In this document: positions 36,640 through 51,150 of the stretch, piece after piece | Layout: the number at the start of each line of letters is the position of its first letter | Position numbering within the stretch: position 1 is the stretch's first letter | Assembly (NCBI GenBank): GCA_013239625.1 | Contig: MU054187.1 | Location: 10,809,231 to 10,873,230, forward strand | DNA from: Lama guanicoe | Lineage: Eukaryota | DNA: 64,000 bases | Direction of reading: 5' to 3' | Position numbers and translations under genes: made by a program | The notes under the pieces: generated by a model | What the model was told of the DNA's origin: nothing | The model's input: only the letters and a program-made list of their open reading frames with translations | The model's database searches: none

Positions 36640-37510
36640 CCAAGTCATCTTTCCTTCTGCTAAACATCTCATTTACTTCAACTACCTCATAATATCCTGG
36701 TTTCTAGAGCTTTTCCTGTCCCAGGCTGATTTTCATGATCAACTCTAGTTAAATGTTGATTAGCATTGCATTTAGCTTTTTCTGTTCTCACATTACAAAC
36801 CTACTCTTGGCTCATACAGAGCTGGTATGGTAGATCTCCTTGTCTGTTACTCATTTAATTGACCTTTTAGAATATAATCTAAATATGTGATTTTATATTG
36901 ATCCCTGTTAAATTTCAGTTTAGTCATTTGGCCATTTGTGTTAGACCATCAGAAGTACAACTCATGAAATATTTGTCCTGTATGATATTCCTTAAGGAAA
37001 GAAGTTCCATTGTCAAATAAATTTGTAAAAATTTATTCTGTATTCCTGTCTTGTGGAGTTTCAGTGCCCATTGGATAATCAAAAGTTCCAGGAAGTTCTA
37101 CAGTCACAAAACCATATAAACTTTATTTACCCAACATTTTACAAATTTATTTGACCCCTGAATTATTTTTCAAGTAATACTAATAACATAATATAAAGCC
37201 AGAATTCTGCTTAATATAGTTTGTGAATTAACTTAGTCTGTTGGATATGTTTAATTTTGATTTGTTTTTCCAGTAATATTAGCTGCTATTTCAACATCTG
37301 TATAAAAATGTAGGCATTTGATGGGTGTGGTATTTATCTTCATCCAAAGTGTTATAACAAACTACTAGAGATTTTGTCTCAGCTTACTACTTGTTCCCTG
37401 ATTGTTTGATATTCTTTGAATATAATTGTTCAAGCAGAAACTACTCATCTACTTAACAGACGGTGATCTGTCCTACACTACTTCATCTTGTTCACAAATT
37501 TAGAATAAGA
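36640..37510 (-). mobile_element. L3/CR1 fragments flanking a MER103-like insertion
   Basis: cttctgctaaacatctc...ttcaactacctcata; tatattgatccctgttaaatttc; tatcttcatccaaagtgttataac. Confidence 0.55.
36945..37232. mobile_element. MER103C-like hAT-Charlie element
   Basis: Internal inverted motif gtcaaataaatttgtaaaa / ttttacaaatttatttgac, plus gaagttctacagt. Confidence 0.65.
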
Positions 37511-39971
37511 ATACCACCCAGTGTCTCAACATCAGGATATTTCTCTAGTTTAAAAACGTCTAACGTGTAACAGAGCTTATCTCTGGTGTATTTCATTGTG
37601 CTTTAGACTTTTTGAAGCTGCAGAGCAGACAATACTTCTTACAGATCATATAGAATCAACAGGTAGCATCTAAACGAAAGTGGAGATCAGAGTAACAGAG
37701 AACTGGTCATATTTTCATCTTACGTGTAATAACGAACTTCATGCATTGGTCTTCCATTTCATATAAACTCAAAACACATGCATAAGGAGCTACTATTCTG
37801 CCTGATGTAAGATCTTATTTGAAATTCTGTTTATAGTTTTGTCAAAAATCTGACAGATGTGGTGATTTCTTCAGAAGTAGAAAATAGTCCGAATTTGTCC
37901 ATATTGGAAGATTTTCTATGCTTGCTAGAGCTTCCTTGGTGAAATATTTCTTCTTCTTCTGCTTAAAAAAAAAAAAAGAGGGAGATCTGAATTCCTTATT
38001 TTCATATGTATAGAAATTTAAAAATAAATATTAACCCCACAGCTAGAAGCTATTCTATGTGAAATGATAAGCTGATAGACAATTTAAACACTAAGTGACT
38101 GTTCTATATTAATTCTATGTCTGCGAAGAAAGAAATACAAATACAAAATTGAAAGTTGGCATGTCATTAGAAAGGAACAAGAGTGTCATAAATTTGTGAC
38201 TTTTTACTTATAATTGTGCCTTGTACTTAGCTGTGATACATTCACATTCTTAGTGAATTATATTAAAATGCCAATAAAATGGCTACACAGCTAAGTCGGT
38301 ATAAAACGTAGAAAGCGAAAAGTAGTTTATAGCAGCCACTTCCTAATCATTCTGTTTGTCAAGCTGTTACTCTTCAGTTTATGTTGCTACTTTGCCCACC
38401 GTAAACAGTGTTGTTTTCCAATCCTTCATACTGTCACTTTCTAAACTGCTTGTATTATATTACTGCTCACTGATGTTTTCAGTCTCATGTGTGTCACAGA
38501 CTGCAGGGGTACGCCAGGCAAGAATTTGAACTGGCGTTAGAGATAGATACTCCTTTTTCATCTTATGAAATAATTGAAGTAGGAAAAAGAGAGATACTTT
38601 GTCAGAGTCGAGGGCTGTCACCTCTAGAGCTCACACACAGTGATGACATTCTAAATTCGTCTCGAGGCTGGAGTGCCCGGCCCCTGCTCTGGGCACTGAC
38701 CACCCAGCAGTGGGTGGTCTTAGTGGAGGCCTGTGCTAAGAGTGAGCAAGGCGATATGGTGAGTCTTCCGTATGCTGTGTGTCCTGCCCACACACCTGAA
38801 ACAGCTGTCGAGCCTGGCCTTCAGGAGCGTATCATTTTTTTTAGGACTTTATTGGCTCCTAGAGACAAGGGAAGTTATTTACCTCTTTGAACCTTGGTTT
38901 CCTAATTTGGTCAAATTGGATGATAATACATGCTTTTTTTGTATGGACTTATTTATGCTTTGAGGGTTTTTTTCCCCTTTTATATTTATTTTTCAATAAA
39001 GTTATGTTATTTGGATATCAAACATGACTGACCTATCCTAGGATCTGTATAATAATCCTGTTTTCCTTCCTATTCCCAGATTCAAGGTATTAATTAGGTC
39101 ATTTCCTTATCATCAGTTAAATGTTCTTTTATTAGACACACACACACATTTTGTGTGGTACCCATCTGCGTTTCTCGAAATAAAGATGATTAGAATAGTA
39201 TTATAAGTATATGGAAATATTTAAAAAGAAATAGTAACCTTTCCCTGAAGATTTAAAACTTTAGATACTGTGTGGAAAAGAGTAAAGTGTTCGACTAACA
39301 TTCGAGTAGTATTTTCCATCTTCTGAATGACACTGAATTAGGGATGGAATGTTACTGAAACCGACAGTTTTTAAAATAGCTGTTACCTTCATAGGTGATA
39401 AACAGTGTCCCTTAGTAGAAGGAAGCACAACTACTTACTTACTTTTCCTTGCCACAATCTTTTCAGTATAATTGTCTACAAAATCATTAATGGAGGCTTT
39501 GATTGTTGTATTTGATGGAATGGTGTAATAATGGCTAAAACACAGAATTCTTATTATGTGCCAAACAACTGCATTGTTACTTTGATATTTGGTGCCAATG
39601 AAAGTTCTAGGGTCAGATTCAGCCTTCAACGATTTTTTAGCTCAAGCAAAGGTTTCTGTGAAAATCTGATAGGTAAGGACATTTAAAAGTAAAATATATA
39701 TCAAAACAGCCTTTTGTTTTCACATTTGCACATCAAAAAGACATAAAAGAAAACCATAAATACAACTTGGGAATTTTCTGTGAATTTATTAATACAAGAG
39801 AGTATATTAAAATGCACATAGGTCAATTAATTCATGAAAGTATTCCTCTTTTTAAAATGCAATTATCTCCCAAATAACTATCTTTATTACTTAGCCAGTC
39901 ATGTACAGTATTTATAAATATTTCTAAATGCTCTATAGAAAAAATTTAAATATTTTTTTCTACCTAATTAC

Positions 39972-40125
39972 TACTCAAAGTGTGCTGCTTGAATCAGCAA
40001 CATCAGTATCTTAAGGGAGCTTACAGAAATACAGACTCTCAGGTCCCACACAAACCTACTGAATCAAAATTTGCATCCCATCAAAACTTCAGCTGACTCA
40101 TACACACATTTGACAAGTTCTGTTT
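39972..40125. mobile_element. MER5-like MITE
   Basis: tactactcaaagtgtgctg...cagactctcaggtcccacacaaacctactgaatcaaaatttgcat. Confidence 0.8.
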
Positions 40126-40436
40126 TCTAAAAATACATTTAAGTGCTTTAAAAGTATGCTGCCATTTCACAAGATCAAAGAAAGAAAATATCATTTACAG
40201 TGTTACTATAAATACGTAAAAATGTATTAAACTTCACTTTAAGTCAGTGTTACTTTTAATGTTTTTGATCGATTTATGCTGTGCATTTACACGTTAAAAT
40301 GACCAGAATATATTTAAAATTACATGCTATGTATAAGAGATTTTAAATTATTTTATGCATTATTAAAAGCAAAATAAATGAGAAAAATAGAGGCAAGTTT
40401 GAGGATACCACTCCTTTGCGCCTAAAATATGTTATA

Positions 40437-40452
40437 CCACAAGGGGGTGCTA
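40437..40452 (+). promoter_or_regulatory. CTCF motif
   Basis: CCACAAGGGGGTGCTA resembles the core CCASYAGRKGGCRSYA and sits in very AT-rich unique sequence. Confidence 0.55.
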
Positions 40453-43400
40453 ATGCTTTTGATTTGCAGTTTCAAAAATTTACATGTAGATGAAATTGTT
40501 TTCAAAAAGAAAAGAACGAATATATATAATATGTAAGTAAACCTAACATAGGACAAAGTGGTGTAGATTATTAAAATGGAAAGCCGGGTTATAAATTACA
40601 GGTGTTGTACAAAATTCTTTTATGTAAAAATGATTTTAAAAACTTCCTAGATTTTTTAACTTTCTGCAGCATTTGAAGAAAAGTATTTAATATGAAAACA
40701 TCAAAGAAAATATGCTGAAAGGCTAATAGTGGCCACCTCATGAGACAGGCATTATAGGGGATTGTTACCCTCTTTTCTATGCTTTCATGTATTTTCCATT
40801 TCATTTTCTACCCTAGTCATGGGAGATTTACCTTATAACCAGAAAAAAATTTTTTTTTATAAGAAGGAACTTAAGACAGAGAGAGAAAGAGAGAGAAATT
40901 GGTTTGGAACTCAGTTTCCAAGATATCTGGGGGTTAAGAGTCATATTTTGCTTGAGACTTGCAAAATATTTAAACATATTTAGGATGCAAGAAACAAAAC
41001 AACTGAAGTCTTACAGATATGATTCCATGATATGGACGATGCCAGGATGGGCTCTGAAGTTTCCTGTCCTCGTGCAGTACATGGGGAGGCTACAAGGGCA
41101 GTACCATGACTGCATTTTGAATTTCTGCTTAAATTAGTGCCACGTTATATGCAGTCTTTCAACGGAAACTTTTTATTGAGTGAGACAAAGCCTAAACTAA
41201 GACAAATGTGTTCCTCCGGCAAGATATGCAAGTTCTTTTAAATCAGAAGGGCACCACCGATGCCTGACGAAATCTAGAATGTGCCAAAAGAGGCACATTC
41301 CTTAAGAGGCTTCATTACTGTGCTGATAAGTAACTTAGGTCATTAGAAAAAAAGAAACATGGTGAAGTATGTAGAGAAAGATACTTGTAGCACATTGTAG
41401 ATTAAGTATTTTATGTAAATATGTATCCTCCAATACAGATCTACAGTCTGAAGAATTTAAGTAGTTAGCAGGTTTTGCCTTGGTATGCCACCGTTTTTGT
41501 CATTAGTATACTTGCATGCCCCTAACGTATTTGTATTTCAAATCAAAATTTGATCTGTTGCTTTTCTGATTTTGGCAAAAGATCTTTCTTAGAAGAAAAT
41601 AAGCTATATGGTTTAAAAGTTAAAAGCAAACTGATCAAAATGACTAAACATGCTTTTACTTTCCTGTTTGGTTGGAGTGGTTGCCAGTTATTTTACGTGT
41701 AAAATAGTCCAACCTGTTTCTTTGTTACAGGGTAGAGCTCTTGAGATACTCACAAAGCATAAGCCTCCCTCATTAAAAGAACACAGCACCAGTCTTCCAA
41801 AGCTGTGCAGAAAATCTCTCTTTTTTTTTTTTTTTTTTTTTAGAGCTAAGGAGGAGCAGCTATTTTGGAGGTTTGTGTTCCAGATTCTGTGCCTCTGATT
41901 TCTTGTCCCCTTCAGGCTCTGGGACTTTATTTTTTGTAACCACGACTGTGTGCATTGTCCCACTGCTCCCAGGTGCAGAAACTGCTTCGCTTCAGTTCAT
42001 CTGACATAAGTAAGAATTCCTACACAGGTTTTATCAAATTCTGTGTGAATACAAAATAGAAATAATAGACGAAAGGAGAATTAAAAATTCTTCCCTTTTC
42101 CAAAGCATCTCTATTTTAAAAAAGAATGTAAATAGAAATACTGAACAGGTATACTTGGACCCAACTTAATTTTTCTTGTCATAAGGACACATTAGTCCCA
42201 AAGGACCTAGTACTTTAAATTCATTCTGTTTGGTTTAGTTTCTTCTCAGACAGTACCTACTTCTCAGCCAGGTAAACCTGGACTACTATCTTGTTCTCTA
42301 TTGCCTTCAAGAACATCATAGTCTGATGGTTTATCTTATGCTTGTAAAGAAAAATTGCAAAGTAAACTTTCTTTTTTGATGTGAAATGAAGCTTCCTCTT
42401 ACCTCTCTATTCTAGGTGTGTCTGTAGATCAGTAGCGTTGGCATCATGTGGGAGCTTGTCAGAAACGCACACCTGTATCCCATGACCGTTTGTAATCTGA
42501 ATCGGAAGGCTGTGCCTAGCTGAGAGCTTATCTTAAGGACAGAGATGACTAAATAGATGAATTTTAGATGAAGGGGGGCAAATATATGGCACGTGTGCTA
42601 CGACTTTCCTCTGCACCAACCAGTGGTAACCACAGTCATCACTGAATGAACATGCCACTCTTTTTCCTTGATCTCAGACTTTGCCTGAGACAAATTCTCA
42701 ACCCAGCACTCCAAGCAGCCCCTAAGATAGACTCACATTAAATCTGTTTGTTATTCCCTATGGAAGCCTTCAGGGCTCAGATTATCAACTTTATTCACCC
42801 TTAGAGAAATATAAGACATAGAAATTACTTTATAAATGGCTGCTTATAAGAGTATTACAATATAAATTCGTAGTAAGTACAGAATATAGGAAAAAATATA
42901 TAATGAATGAGTGACAAGGGCTGACATAAATCTAGTGAGTAAGAGAGGGTTATTCATTCCCAGACTGTAAAGAATATGTTGGACAAAATCCCTGCAGACC
43001 AAGAGCTTATTATTTTTTTTTTCTTAAATAGAGAAAGACAGTATCAGAGCATTAAGGGATATAAGAAATCACCCAAACCCTGACTTTTAAATTTATAAAA
43101 AGTAAAGAAAAAGAGAAGAGGAAGAGAAAAAGGAGAGGAGAGAAGGAGATCTAAAGCGCTTGTTTGACTTGCTCATATATTCATTTACATTATATTACAT
43201 TAATGTATCATATTTGACTAGGAATTGTTATTTATTTAATTAGAAAAAAAATCCAGGCAGTTTTATGGTAAATGCTATCAATATCATTACAACATGTCTT
43301 TATGGCTCCGGTCAGGTTAATTCAAGTTCAAGGTGTGTTCTGGCTTTAACAATTAGATTGCAGAAGAGGACAAAGGTTAAGAGAATGTAGGAAGGGTAGA

Positions 43401-44009
43401 AAATTTGAGTTACTAACTTATGTCTCCCAGAATAATCAGTGCCTGATACTAATAAATCATGAAAAGATAGGCTTAATTATGTCCTAGAAAATGAGAAATT
43501 AAAAAATTTGTGCCAAAGTTACTAATTTAATACAAAAATAGTATCCTCCAAGCATAGCTTTTTTGTGAATGGTGAAACGATAACTGAGTTTTCTGATGAT
43601 GGAGTTGCCTCCTCCCTAGGCTTTTACATTGTTGCAAGCTGAAAGAAAGTCTTTTTCTACTCTAAATTTCCAGTGTCTAGAACACGTTGAGAGTCCAGTC
43701 AAGATTCAGTGTAGAAAACCATCTAGCGATTTAAGGTAATGAGTGATTTAATCTAGGGATTAGATGCTGACACAATTGTTGGAAAGCATGAGGAAGCAAA
43801 AGTCAGGGTTTCAGGTTTTCAGATTTTCACTTCTGTCGCTATGATCCAGAGTTTCAAAGTATATAAAAGGATGTGAGTGGGTGCTGAGCAGAAATAGGCA
43901 ATAGCCAAAACATTTAGGAGAAGGAATATTTTCAGGAAGGAAAATAGTACATAGATCAGATGCCTACCATGCATGAGAAACTGTAAAGGGGTTGGCTTAA
44001 ATTGTTCAA

Positions 44010-44150
44010 TTTAGTTTTTCCAACAACTTTTAAATTATTATCCCCATTTATATTGAAGCTTGGAGAACTTAAGCAACTTGTCCAAGTTCGTATAACTAGT
44101 AAATGACAGCAAATATTTAATATTTGAACCCAGTTTTCTCTGAATCAATA
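44010..44150 (-). mobile_element. MIR fragment
   Basis: attattatccccattttatattgaagcttggagaacttaagcaacttgtccaag...tttgaacccag. Confidence 0.75.
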
Positions 44151-46134
44151 ATTTATTCCCTATTTATCTATATAATGATAGTATCAGTGAGTTCTTCAGA
44201 TAAATAATGATTAAGATATCTATTTAAATTATTAGCAATTTCCAGTTCCCCACAGTGATTTTTTTCAATGTATTAATCTATTTCCATTTCTTTAAAAAAG
44301 TGAATAGGTCATGTATATAAATGGTTCTCAACGAAGGTATAAATCTGTACTCTTGCCATTAACGGCTATGAAAAATTTTGTAATTGGAACGAATGATAAA
44401 AAACATAAGATTATAAATGATACCTTTTTCTCAAATTAGTACAAATTCAATGTTTGCATAAAATAACATCATTATCTCACTTCCATTTCACTTCGCGTTC
44501 TTGAGAGGTGAAGATGCAATGGTCATCCTGGGTTCATTACATAGCACTATTTTTTAATAAATCTCACATTCGTTGTAAGTGACTGATGGTGATGAATCTT
44601 AAAGTATGTTATTTAATTACAGAACTTGTTTTAAAATTCTGTATTTACCTCTAAGAGTGTGCCATCTGTGTGCATATGATCTGTCATTAAAGGTGATATT
44701 TTTACCATGGAAGAAACGGTAGTTGAAAATTGCTGATGTTGAATGTTGAGAATGACTTTCCTCTAGCTGTGGATTCATAGGCAGTCACTTGGTGCATTAA
44801 TTCTTGTTATTCTTCAACAAATATTTATTATGTGCCTGCTGTTTATAATGCCTTGCATAGGAATAATTAGAGAATCTGCCCCTAGTTCTTAAATGGTATC
44901 TTCAGACAGATAAGACCTCTCCATTTAGCCCCTAAACACACTTAAGATTGTTGCAGAAGTTCTCCTTCCTGGTAGAATGGAACCTGATCAAATAATGACT
45001 GCACACAAGAAAGCTTAGCAAAACAGAGTTATTCATAAGGGTATCCGTTTTCCTCAGTAGGGGAACTGCTTTGTCCCACCTACTGAGATGTATATATCTT
45101 TCTGTGGAATTCCTACTACATGCATGTAAACATACACGTTCATATCTTCAGCGTCCGATCTCCCAGGCACCACGTGGACAGAAAGCATAGGCAACACGGA
45201 GAGAACAGCTGGGACTCATTAGTCGTCAGCCTAGCCAGGATCGAGGCGCAAAGCCCTGCAGGTGGAGTGTCCTCTCTGACAGAGTAGTCCAGAAATCTGG
45301 AAACAGAAATGTTGTTTAAAACATAGGTCTTAAAATAAATCACAACTGTAACTTCCTTCAGTCTTGCTTTTCTTTCTTTCTTTCTTTTTAACCTGGTTGT
45401 TATCGCTTAAAAGTGGAATATTTGGCATAATAAAAATAATAAACATGAACTGAGTTGTGATGGGACTTCCAAGTATTTCGAAAGCACATAGAAGTAGATA
45501 CAACCTTTTCCTCTGTCTCTGCAGTTTTTTAACTGTCATGCCGACATAATTTTTTGTTTCAAAGTGGTGATGTGGAAATAGGACTAGATGGAGAAATAGA
45601 ATTCCTGGAATCTGATGCAGACCCGTCATGCAGACCTGAGGAGGTTGCCTGAGGAGGTTACTCTCTCCAGACCTCAAATATTAAGATTTCTGAACTGAGG
45701 TCCTTTTAAATTATAAAATTCTGTCTTTGAGCCTGATGCTCAGCACTGGGCTGTAGGCAGAAACTTCGGTGTCTAAGATGTGAACTTAGATTGCCCTCAG
45801 GATGCTTACAATTCAATTTACTGAGCAAAATCTGGAGACGGTAGCAGTGTGGTGGGTAGGTGAGAAGATCTGTAGAACAGAGAGAGAAAGAAAACTACAG
45901 TGTCTAAGTGTAGCTTCTTAGAAGTGATGGAACAGTGAAAAAACGCTTTAAAAGGTAGGGAGGAATTGTAGGGGGAAATTTATGGATTTAGTTATCGATA
46001 ATGGGATAAAACACATTTTCAGTATACGGTTTAAAAAAAACTGGATTCTCATATTCGGTAAAACGTGTGTATTAGGTAAAATATTGAGAAGTTATACAGT
46101 GGCTTGTGTTTTGTTTTGCCATAACTTAGAACAC

Positions 46135-46556
46135 TGTATTAGTAATCTATCACTGCATAACAAATGATGCCAAAAACCTTATGGCTTAAAACAACAAACA
46201 CTTATTATCTCACAGTTTCGATGGGTCAAGAATTTGGGATCAGAGTCACAGGGCGGTTTTGGCTCAGGGTCTTTTATGGGATGATAGGCAGGCTGTCAGC
46301 CAGGTTGACGGAGGGGAGGCGTATGCTTCCAGGGCACTCGCTCACATGGTGGTTGGCAGGAGGTCTCAGTTCCTCACTACGTGGACCACTTCATAAAGCT
46401 GCTAAAGTGTCCCCATGATAGGACAGATAACTGCAGAAGGAACACAGCATCTCTTCTGCCATATTCAGTTCAACTCTGGTACAGTGTGGGAGGGGATAGA
46501 GCGTGAATACCAGGAGACAGGACCATTTGGCAGCATCTTGGAGGTTGACTGCCACA
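46135..46556 (-). mobile_element. MLT1-family solo LTR
   Basis: TG...CA ends (tgtattagt...gactgccaca), motif gcttaaaacaacaaacacttattatctcacagttt, and 5-bp TSD aacac/aatac. Confidence 0.85.
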
Positions 46557-48309
46557 AATACTGAAACAAAATACCATACTAAGAACTGAAGACAGGTGAG
46601 ATTTTGATTCTAAGTATATCGTATACATAAACAGGAGCGGAAAGATTTTACAGAGGAAGATATTTAACATGTCCTTCATTGTGCCTTTTATTATTTGCTG
46701 AAAAGAATGCAAAATATTACCAGGTTAATAAAGAATAAATCTTACACAGGTTGTTGAAGTGTGTTACATGTATTTTACCAGTTTGTGCATGGATCTGAAA
46801 ATTAAGTGCTTTAAACCCTGAAAGACATAAAATATTGTTAAAATGCCGCAGAAGTGTTTCTGACCAAGAAGCTTTAAAGTTTCTAGCTTTCTACTATATT
46901 TCACTAGTATTTACTTTCATAGAACCTAGGTTGTCGTAACACATCTGCTACCCTAAAGAACTTGTATCTTTTGTTTCTAAAAACATTAATGACAATATAG
47001 AGGGCTTAAATATGATGTAGTTTATGTTTCCTTGTGGGCAACAAATGTTAAGATGTCTCTATCCACCTTGAAGTCAGAGAACCCTCATGATTTTGCATAG
47101 TCATCTTGATATTCCTGGGAATAATTTCTTACTATGTAGGTAACCCTGTGTTGCTCATCTCCTTGCCATGAGCCTTTAATATAGGATTAGAGAATAAAAG
47201 TGATCAGGCTAAGGTTGTATTGTTACACTGGTGTCAGCATTCAGTATACATTATGAAGTGCATACTTTGTTCCAGGCACAGTGCTAGGCACTGGGTGTGT
47301 AACTCTGGTCCCTGCCCTGAAGAACCATTCGATTCTAGTAGAACAGTGATCCAGCTGTTTTTTGACTATGCTTCTCTCTATATTAGAGAGGGGAAAAAGC
47401 ATCAATGCATGTATATATAATTATTTACAAATTGTCTACAGGTCCTCTATCATCAGTAATATTTCAGTGAAAAATATGCAATTATGTAAAAAAGTACTTG
47501 TTGCCAGATATGATTAGATGCTTTTTTTTAACCACCAATGTGTCTGACAAAGGTCTTTTACCATATGAAGGAGAAGGGCTAGTGCTACCATTTAAGCGTT
47601 AAGTGCTACCAAAATCTTTTAAAAAGTAAATAAATAAACCTAATTACCTCCCCCCACCATGAAAAAAAAATCTACAAAAATCTGACACTGTTGATTAGTA
47701 AGTCCTCTAAAGCTTGGTGGAGAATGAGCTAAACTAAAGCTTAATTTAATGTATTTTCCCCTACACATGACAATGTATTCACACAGATAATCCAGGGTTG
47801 ACTAAATATAAATTTCACTAAGTATAATGGGATAACACCTATCATATGTGAGGAAATACTACTTCCTGAGTGCCTGTGCACAACATGCTATTACATGTAT
47901 GTGCTCAAATAATTCTCACAAACTTGTAAATGTTATTTAAATTTGACTAATAAACTATGCCTTGGAGAACTGAAGAATTTAAATGAATTTCCTCCGATCA
48001 GGCTGTTGCTAATGGCTGGCTGTAGGAGCTAATTTCATGACCTGAGCTCCCTTTTATGAGTAAGATATTTTGTTTGTTCTTAAATTGAAATATGTATAAA
48101 AATGCACTGGGTGAGAGTGCTGTTAAAAAAGAACCCTCAAAAGGAGAATAATCTTTTAAGAGATAAATGATCACTTGCTGGTTACCTTTTTTTTTTTTTT
48201 CAACTTGTAAATTTACAAGTACATAAACTTAGAGGTCAGTCATCTGTCTCACTCAGTGACACACTCTCACATGGAGCCCTGCAATGCTCCCTCAATTTCT
48301 TTTATTTTA

Positions 48310-51150
48310 TAGAGCTATTTTTTTCCCATTTCATCCTCTATTTGCATTTTCTTTCTTCATACTCACCACATATGCATTCACAGTCATGTATTTAAATTTT
48401 AGAAAAAATCTAAAAATTTTATTTTCATAAAAATTTGCTTTTGAGATTTTGATTGGACTTGCATTTAACCTGTAAATCAATTTAGTGTAGTTCTGTGTTC
48501 CACTTTTATTTATAATTTTTAATGAGTTTTTCTGTGTTTTTCCATAAAGAGCTTGGAATTTCTTCATTAGGTTAATCCTTAATAAAGTGTTATTTGGGTT
48601 TTCCTTGTGATTGTATTTTATTTTCTAAAATTAAATTGGTTATTGCTCACATATAGAGATGGCTTTGAGTGCTGTAGGTTAATATAAAGCTACTGAATTA
48701 TCTGTTTTCTTCTATGTATTAAATCTGTTAGGTTTTCTCTGCAGTTTATAAAATGCATAATTGCAGTTTTATTTCTTTTTTAATCCTTATACCTCATGTT
48801 CTTTTTCTTGTTTTATTTCACATGTTAGACAGTAGCTATCATGGTGGGTTCCCAGTCGTAGAGGAAATGCATCTAGATGTATCTATGTTAAATGTATTTG
48901 CTGTAACTTTTTGCTGTTTAATCTTTCTGAAGTAAAGTTTTTTTCTGCTGTTATTTTTTCTTGAAATTTATTAATCAGAAGTGTTTGTTCAATGTTATGA
49001 AATGCTTTTACTGTATCTGTTTTGATGAACATGTGATTTTTGTCCTGGTGTCCATTAATGTAATCAATTAAATGAATAGATCTTTGAATACACTGTTATA
49101 ATACATTGACTTATAGTTAGCATTTTTTTATCTATCTTTATATATAAATTTAGTTTGTAAACTTTGACATTGTCTTTATGTATTACTCTTTAAAAATGAA
49201 TTGGACAAGTTTTTGTTTCTGTTTTTGTTTTTTTCCTATTTTCTGAGATGAAACTATAATATAGAAACTCTCTGTTTGTTCCATTGAAGTTTGGTGGAAC
49301 CACCTGTGAAACTGTTTTTACTTGGATGGAGATTTTTTAAATATTTAAAAAAATTTTTTTAGTACTTACGTAGGCCTAGCAAATTTTTTTTCTTCTGACA
49401 CTTTTATTTTTAGAAACATTTCACTGGTAGTGCATAGTGGCTTATGACATCTCTGAATTCCTATGTATTGTCTTGTTTACATTTGTATTTTGTTCATTTG
49501 CAACTTTCTTTCATTTTTTTCTTTCTCTATCTTGCAAAGATTTATCTGTCATATTAGTCTTTTCAAAGAAGTATCTTTTAGTTTTATTAAGTCATGTCCT
49601 TTTTGTTGTTGGTTATTTTCTGTTTCATTGACTTCTGTCCTAACCTTTATTATTTTACCCTTCTGGTACCCTCAGTTCTGCTATCTCGTAGTGTTATGAG
49701 TTGCAGTTCTTTTCTGTTTTCTAATAAGCATGTTCAACTCTTTAATATTCCTTACGTGCTGATTTAGTTGTGTCCCACAAATTTTGATATAATAATGCCT
49801 TCATTCTAATTTAGATTTAACTATTATTTAATTAAAAACATTCTTTTTAAGCAAAAGGTTATTTAATAGCGCTTCATTTTGATTACAGACATAAGAGATG
49901 TTTTTGTTTCTCTAGGTATTCTTTTTTAGGGGATAGTTTCAATGTTCACTCATTGGTGTTTATTGAATGTCTTGTGCCAGGAAAGATATTTTAGAATGTT
50001 TAAAGTGTGCGTATTTTCTGCTTGGGAGTGTGACATTCTCTGTATCTATATATTGATTGTAGTAAATATGCTTTCAAATATTCTGCTTTTTTGTGCTTTT
50101 GATCCTTCAAAATATACATTTATCTGTCTCTTCCTACAATTTTATCACATGTTGCTTTACATCTTTAAAGATAATGTTAGATCCACTATGGGGATGATGA
50201 TTGTGTCTTCTTGGTCTGTTGTTCCCTTCACTTAAATATGATTTCCCTTTTCCTGTTAAGATTTTTTTCTACATTAAATTGTCTTTTATCTAAAGATATT
50301 AAAATGGGTATTCTAGAATCCATTTTTTGTATCTTCATGTTTCATTATTTTTATATCTTTGTAGTCTACCTTCCTACAGCTTTTTGTTTTGTATTTATAG
50401 TTTTTGGCCATTATAATTTGGGATCTTTTAAGACTTCAACCTGAGAGTCTTGAACTGTGATCACCAAACTTAACCCATGTACCTTCATGGGGATTACTCT
50501 TCTGTTAGGGAATATTTCTGCCATCTTTGAATCTTACTGTTCATTATTATTTTTTTCTCCTTTCATAACTTGAATAGATCGATTTTAAAATTATGCATTA
50601 TATTTTTACCTTCTGCTTAGTTTTACCTTTCCCTACCAAATTTTGAGCTAATACAAGTCTGTTTGTTTGCTCTCTCTTCTCTCAGAGCTTCCAACTTTAC
50701 TCATTGTGGGCTTCATCTGTAGTTCTTTTAGTTCTTGATTTTTACACTGACACTTTTGGTTTGTTTACAAAAATAAACTTTTCTAAGTCATTTTAACGTA
50801 TACTCACTTTCCAAACACTTCCAGCATCCTCTTTGATTCATTTCTCTATTTATAGGTTATTTTCTCTAACAGTTCTTTCAAAAAAGGAATTTTGGCTGAT
50901 AAATTGTAAGGGTTTGTATGTCTGAAAGTATGATTAATTTTTTTTGCCCTTAAATTAAACCAATGATGGATATAAAATTCTAGTTTAAAATATTTGTCTT
51001 CAAAAATATGTAAATGTTGTTGCTGTTGAGAATTCTGATGCTATTCTGATTGTTTCTTGTAGCTAACCTAGTTTAGTCTTTCAAAGATTTTAGAATTTTT
51101 TTTTTGTCCTTAGGGTTTTTACATTTCTCTATAATGTTTTTATATGCAAA
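48310..51150 (-). mobile_element. Highly degraded ancient L1 (L1ME-like)
   Basis: Minus-strand peptide KLIYRLNASPIKI; motifs ttttgattggacttgcatt, gttgtgtcccacaaattttgatat and gttgagaattctgatgc. Confidence 0.75.

Noticed and set aside
38489..38890. Longest ORF in the track (133 aa)
   Set aside because: GTG start, no recognisable homology, no convincing splice sites, and its 3' end runs into MIR-like sequence; consistent with chance.
45140..45300. Small CpG-richer patch with CACGTG and an RFX-like half site (CATAGGCAAC)
   Set aside because: Too short for a CpG island, and the single partial motifs have no further support.
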